Below are positions 60,225 through 64,000 of a stretch of 64,000 nucleotides of DNA, one piece after another (positions within the stretch are counted from its first letter, which is position 1; every line of letters starts with the position of its first letter). Location of the stretch: the NCBI GenBank assembly GCA_054600435.1, contig BAAIJX010000002.1, forward strand, positions 186,001 to 250,000, read 5' to 3'. The translations under genes were made by a program, and so were the position numbers. The notes under the pieces were generated by a model. That model worked only from the letters and a program-made list of their open reading frames with translations. It was not told the origin of the DNA and made no database searches. Source of the DNA: Neophaeotheca triangularis. Taxonomy: Eukaryota.

Positions 60225-61112
60225 ATGGTCTTCGCACTCCTCAAGTCTTTTATCCTCCCTCGCAACAGGACGCAGCAGGGAAGCAAATATGCTGCCCTCT
60301 CGACCCACGCTGACCAGAACGACCTCGAACGCTGCCCGTCCATGGATTCGGGTAGATGCACGTCGGGCAACTACTCGACACGAGAGAAGAGCGATCTCGA
60401 AAGCGCTTCCCAGAGTTCATCAAACACAAGACGCATTAACCCCCGCATCATCGCCGACGCCACTATAGGTCTTTCGGACGGCTTGACGGTACCCTTTGCT
60501 CTTACTGCAGGGCTCTCCGCTCTGGGTGACACGAAAGTCGTCATCTACGGGGGTTTTGCCGAGCTCGTCGCTGGAGCCATCTCAATGGGTTTGGGAGGGT
60601 ATCTGGGAGCGAAGAGCGAAGCGGAAGCGTACCGCGCTGCTCTTGGCGAGACGAAGCTAATAGTGCATTCGGATGCTCAGAGGGTTGAGGGTATGGTGAG
60701 AGAAGCTTTTGCACATTTTGGATTCGACGAGGAGATTGTAAGGTCGATGGTGGCGGCTCTGAGGGACGAACCTGAGCGAATGGTTGAGTTTTTGATGCGA
60801 TTTCATCGGCAGCTGGCTGAGGCCGATTTCACGGCTTCTAGGGCGTATGTCTCGGGGCTTACGATCTCGGCTGGTTACTTCTTTGGTGGGCTTGTGCCGT
60901 TGGTCCCGTATTTGATTTTCGCTAGAATTCGGGATGCGTTCATTGGCAGCGTGACGGTGATGGCGTTGGCGCTCTTTGCTTTTGGGTGGTTCAAGACGTC
61001 ACTCGTTGGAGAGAGCAACAGATGGGTTTGCTTGAAAAGCAGCGTGCAGATGGTATTGCTAGGTGGTGTTGCGGCTGGCGCTGCCATGGGCTGCGTTAAA
61101 GCTATCGCGTGA
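60225..61112 (+). CDS. VIT1/CCC1 family vacuolar Fe/Mn transporter
   Basis: DATIGLSDGLTVPFAL, AELVAGAISMGLGGYL, GGLVPLVPY; intronless. Confidence 0.92.
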   Translation: MVFALLKSFILPRNRTQQGSKYAALSTHADQNDLERCPSMDSGRCTSGNYSTREKSDLESASQSSSNTRRINPRIIADATIGLSDGLTVPFALTAGLSALGDTKVVIYGGFAELVAGAISMGLGGYLGAKSEAEAYRAALGETKLIVHSDAQRVEGMVREAFAHFGFDEEIVRSMVAALRDEPERMVEFLMRFHRQLAEADFTASRAYVSGLTISAGYFFGGLVPLVPYLIFARIRDAFIGSVTVMALALFAFGWFKTSLVGESNRWVCLKSSVQMVLLGGVAAGAAMGCVKAIA

Positions 61113-61122
61113 GCTTTATTCG

Positions 61123-62506
61123 TCATCTTGTCTTTTGCGGCGTGCTATGGGTGCTATGGGTGCTCGGGGAGTCGGTGGTCGATCCGGATTGGATATCTCG
61201 AACAATGATACCAAGTATCCAGCAGTTTATGGCAAAAAAGATCAGACTGGCCAGCCATAGGCCGGGGAGGAAAGTCGAAATGCCAAGAAACTCGAGCTCG
61301 TAGGCCTGTTGCAGCCACAGCGCTTGGCCCAAGATCCATAGCAGCAAAGCTGTGATACCAGTGCGGGGCTTTTTCAGCATGGAGGATGAGGGAAGGTAGA
61401 ATGGCAGGAAGACCATGTACCACAGAAAGTACTACAAGCCATAAGCTAGGGAAAGACAAGAGCGCGGAGGGCCGGGGCTCACCTGGCTTGTGCAGACCTT
61501 ATTGAAGGTCACGAAAGCGAACGTCTGCGCGAGCATGGTGCTAGCAAGGTCTTTCCTTGCTAACAAGATGGGCAAGGCAAAGACCGATAAGAAGAGCTGG
61601 GGAATGAAAGCAAGCGATTCAGTCTTCAGGCCTGTGTTGTCGCTCTGCGCGGCATCGAGATGTAGCAGCGTGTTATACGCAGAGAAATTATGGCGGTGAT
61701 CGATGCGAGTCAAATGATAGGTGAAAGTATGTTTGACAAAGGCCATGCCATACCTACCTCGATCAGCACAAGTACACCGAGCACGGTCCAGGATGTACCT
61801 ACATATTGAACATCACCGAGCTCGATAATAGGAATATGAGGAGGCTCCAAACGGCTATTTTAGCCCTTTGGTAGTTCAAGAGTATGCCAAAGTTGTTGTA
61901 AAGCCGTCTAGTGCCCGGTGTGCCCAGGCTACTGCCACTATACGCCCACCACAGGCTCGCAGCGTAGATGAATGGGTATATCTTGACATGTACCGCAAAG
62001 CCAAGCAGACCACCCGCAAGAGAGTAACGTCCTTCAGTGGCAGCCCATAATATGGCCACAACAATGACGGCCAGCAAGCCTTCAGAGCTCCCACGGGTGC
62101 TGATGTTAGCAACCATGGGATTCAGCAGCCAAATACTTGCAAACTTCATGGCTCTCGCAATCGGCATGCCCCTCTTCTTTAGAATGCGCATGATAAACCA
62201 GCCGGTCACTACATCTCCCAGAGCGAACAAGATTTTGCCGAACTCGAACCACCGTCCACCCCACGAGGTTGGGTAGAGCAACCATGCGAGCAGTGGCGTG
62301 TAGCGGTAGGTAGCTCTGTCGTAGGGCGAGCGGCCTTGGGCAATGAAGCGAGCGGCGTCAGTGAAGACTAGATAGTCTATGTCGGTGTATTTAACCGGAC
62401 TGTTGGCATCCTGCCACCGGCCGTAAACTAGGAGTACCAGGCGGAGGATGATGGCACTCGTGAAGACCAAAGAGGGGCGGGCGAAGAAGGCGGAGATGGG
62501 CGGCAT
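61123..62506 (-). CDS. GPI14: GPI mannosyltransferase I (PIG-M)
   Basis: KYTDIDY, RATYRYTPLL, ISTRGS, DHRHNFS, NKVCTSQYFLWY; introns 61754-61802 and 61432-61482. Confidence 0.95.
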
Positions 62507-62963
62507 GGTATTTGATGATAACCTCAGTGGCGACTATTCAGCCAGACGAACTGTGATTGATCAATTGACGGTATACTACCGAGAAACCGAGGTGTTATTG
62601 TGGTATTGATGTAGTACTTACCTTGGTTTGCTTGATCGAAGGGGCAGCACAATCAATGGGTAGTCCGAGTGCCAAGCCCAGCCCAGCCCGCCCTGTCGCG
62701 TCGGTTTAGACTTCCCGCTTCCCGCACCTTCCAGAGCTGTACCTTCCTGATTGGTGCGCAAGCCAGGCGCCAACGCCTTTCGACGCCTAAGGTTGCGATC
62801 AAGGTCACCTACCTCAACTTTCGAACTCTTCACTAGGTAGGTTTCGCTTCTACTTCCACTGCAGCCATCGCCAAGTGTCCAGTCTTCAACGTCGGCAGCG
62901 CATCCAGCGCGCGTTGACTTCTTCACTCCCACCTCAAATAAAAACCCTAACCAATAAGTCAGC

Positions 62964-64000
62964 ATGGCGCCAAAGCGCAAGGCCGCCGGCCGTCCCAAAA
63001 CCACCACGACTGCGCCGGCAAAGAGCGCACCTCCCATCCCTGCAACCGTCACTACGAAGGGTGGTAGGGAGATCGAGACCACCGCTGCGTTGGCACGTCC
63101 TCGCCGCGCCGTTGCCGCTCCAAACCCAGCAGTTAAGGCCACGCCCTCAGTCAAGAAAGGTAAGTTTCTAGCCACCTAGGTAATCTTGGCAACGTGAACT
63201 AACTCTAGACAGTCGCAACCACGAAGGCAACTGCCGCTACGAAGAAAGGTGTGTCGCGTCCAGTCAAGGCTGCCAAACCACCGGTGAAGCAAACTCTAGC
63301 AGTGCGATCCAAGACTAAATCGGTTCCAGCCACTACTGCGACGACCGCGAGGAAGCCTGGCCGCCCAAAGAAGTCTGAGCCTGAGGTCGAGTCTGAGTCT
63401 GAGTCTGAGTCTCAACCGACCGCCCCGGCTCCTGCGACAAAGAAGCGTGGTCGTCCAGCCAAAGCCAAACCTGCGGCTGAGGCGCCTGCACCTGCCACGA
63501 ACAAGCGTGGTCGTTCTGCTAAAGATGAGGCTGAGGCTGAGTCGGAGGCGGACGTGGAGCAGCCGGTGACGAAGAAGGCTCGCGGCCGAACAGTCAAGGA
63601 GGTCAGTATTCCAGCGGCCACGGAGCCTACTTCTGCGCACAGTAACGGTTCCGGCTTCGGCCCTGCTGTCCCACCAGCCATTACCGGACCGGCGCCACCA
63701 AAGAAGCGTGGCCGTCCTCCTAAGGGTGGTGAAACTACGAAAATCAGTGCTGACGACAAGACTGCGGCTGATCAGTTGGAGGATGAACTCGTTGACACCG
63801 CCGACAACGAGACTGGCAAGAACTTTTGGCTCTTGAAGGCTGAGCAAGAGGATCGTTTCGAAACCACAAAGAGTGGCAACAAGGTCAACACAAAATTCAC
63901 CATCGATGATTTGCGCGCGAAGGATGGCCCCGAGGCTTGGGAGGGGATTCGCAACCCACAAGCTCGCAACAATCTTCGTGCTATGAAGGTCGGTGATGAG
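62964..64000 (+). CDS. AT-hook plus EVE domain (THYN1-like) protein, truncated by window end
   Basis: KKRGRP AT-hooks; FWLLKAE..KFTIDDL..WEGIRNPQARNNLRAMKVGD; intron 63160-63212. Confidence 0.88.

Noticed and set aside
49661..62506. PIG-S and PIG-M as a GPI gene cluster
   Set aside because: About 10 kb apart with five unrelated genes between; no shared motif seen.

Overview
Gene-dense nuclear DNA of a filamentous ascomycete (Pezizomycotina-type short GT-AG introns with CTRAC branch sites, one intron-containing tRNA-Asp). About 24 protein-coding genes are recognisable. The left part (1-35 kb) has long intergenic tracts, RIP-like relics and a gene-fragment scar at 27.4-30.6 kb. It carries an F-box gene, a phytase, a beta-lactamase-family hydrolase, a TGL4-like lipase, a delta-8 sphingolipid desaturase, a repeat-rich secreted protein, SPT5 and a ZIP zinc transporter. 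The right part (36-64 kb) is compact and mostly housekeeping (class II DAHP synthase, BRCT protein, acetoacetyl-CoA synthetase, mitochondrial IleRS, PIG-S, MRPS8, SDR, PIG-M, EVE protein). The best candidate for an undescribed system is a three-gene module at 55.2-61.1 kb: a membrane-anchored multicopper oxidase, a secreted phosphoesterase-family acid phosphatase and a VIT1/CCC1 metal transporter, with Pho4-type CACGTG sites in both promoters. Exon boundaries were read by eye and no database searches were run.
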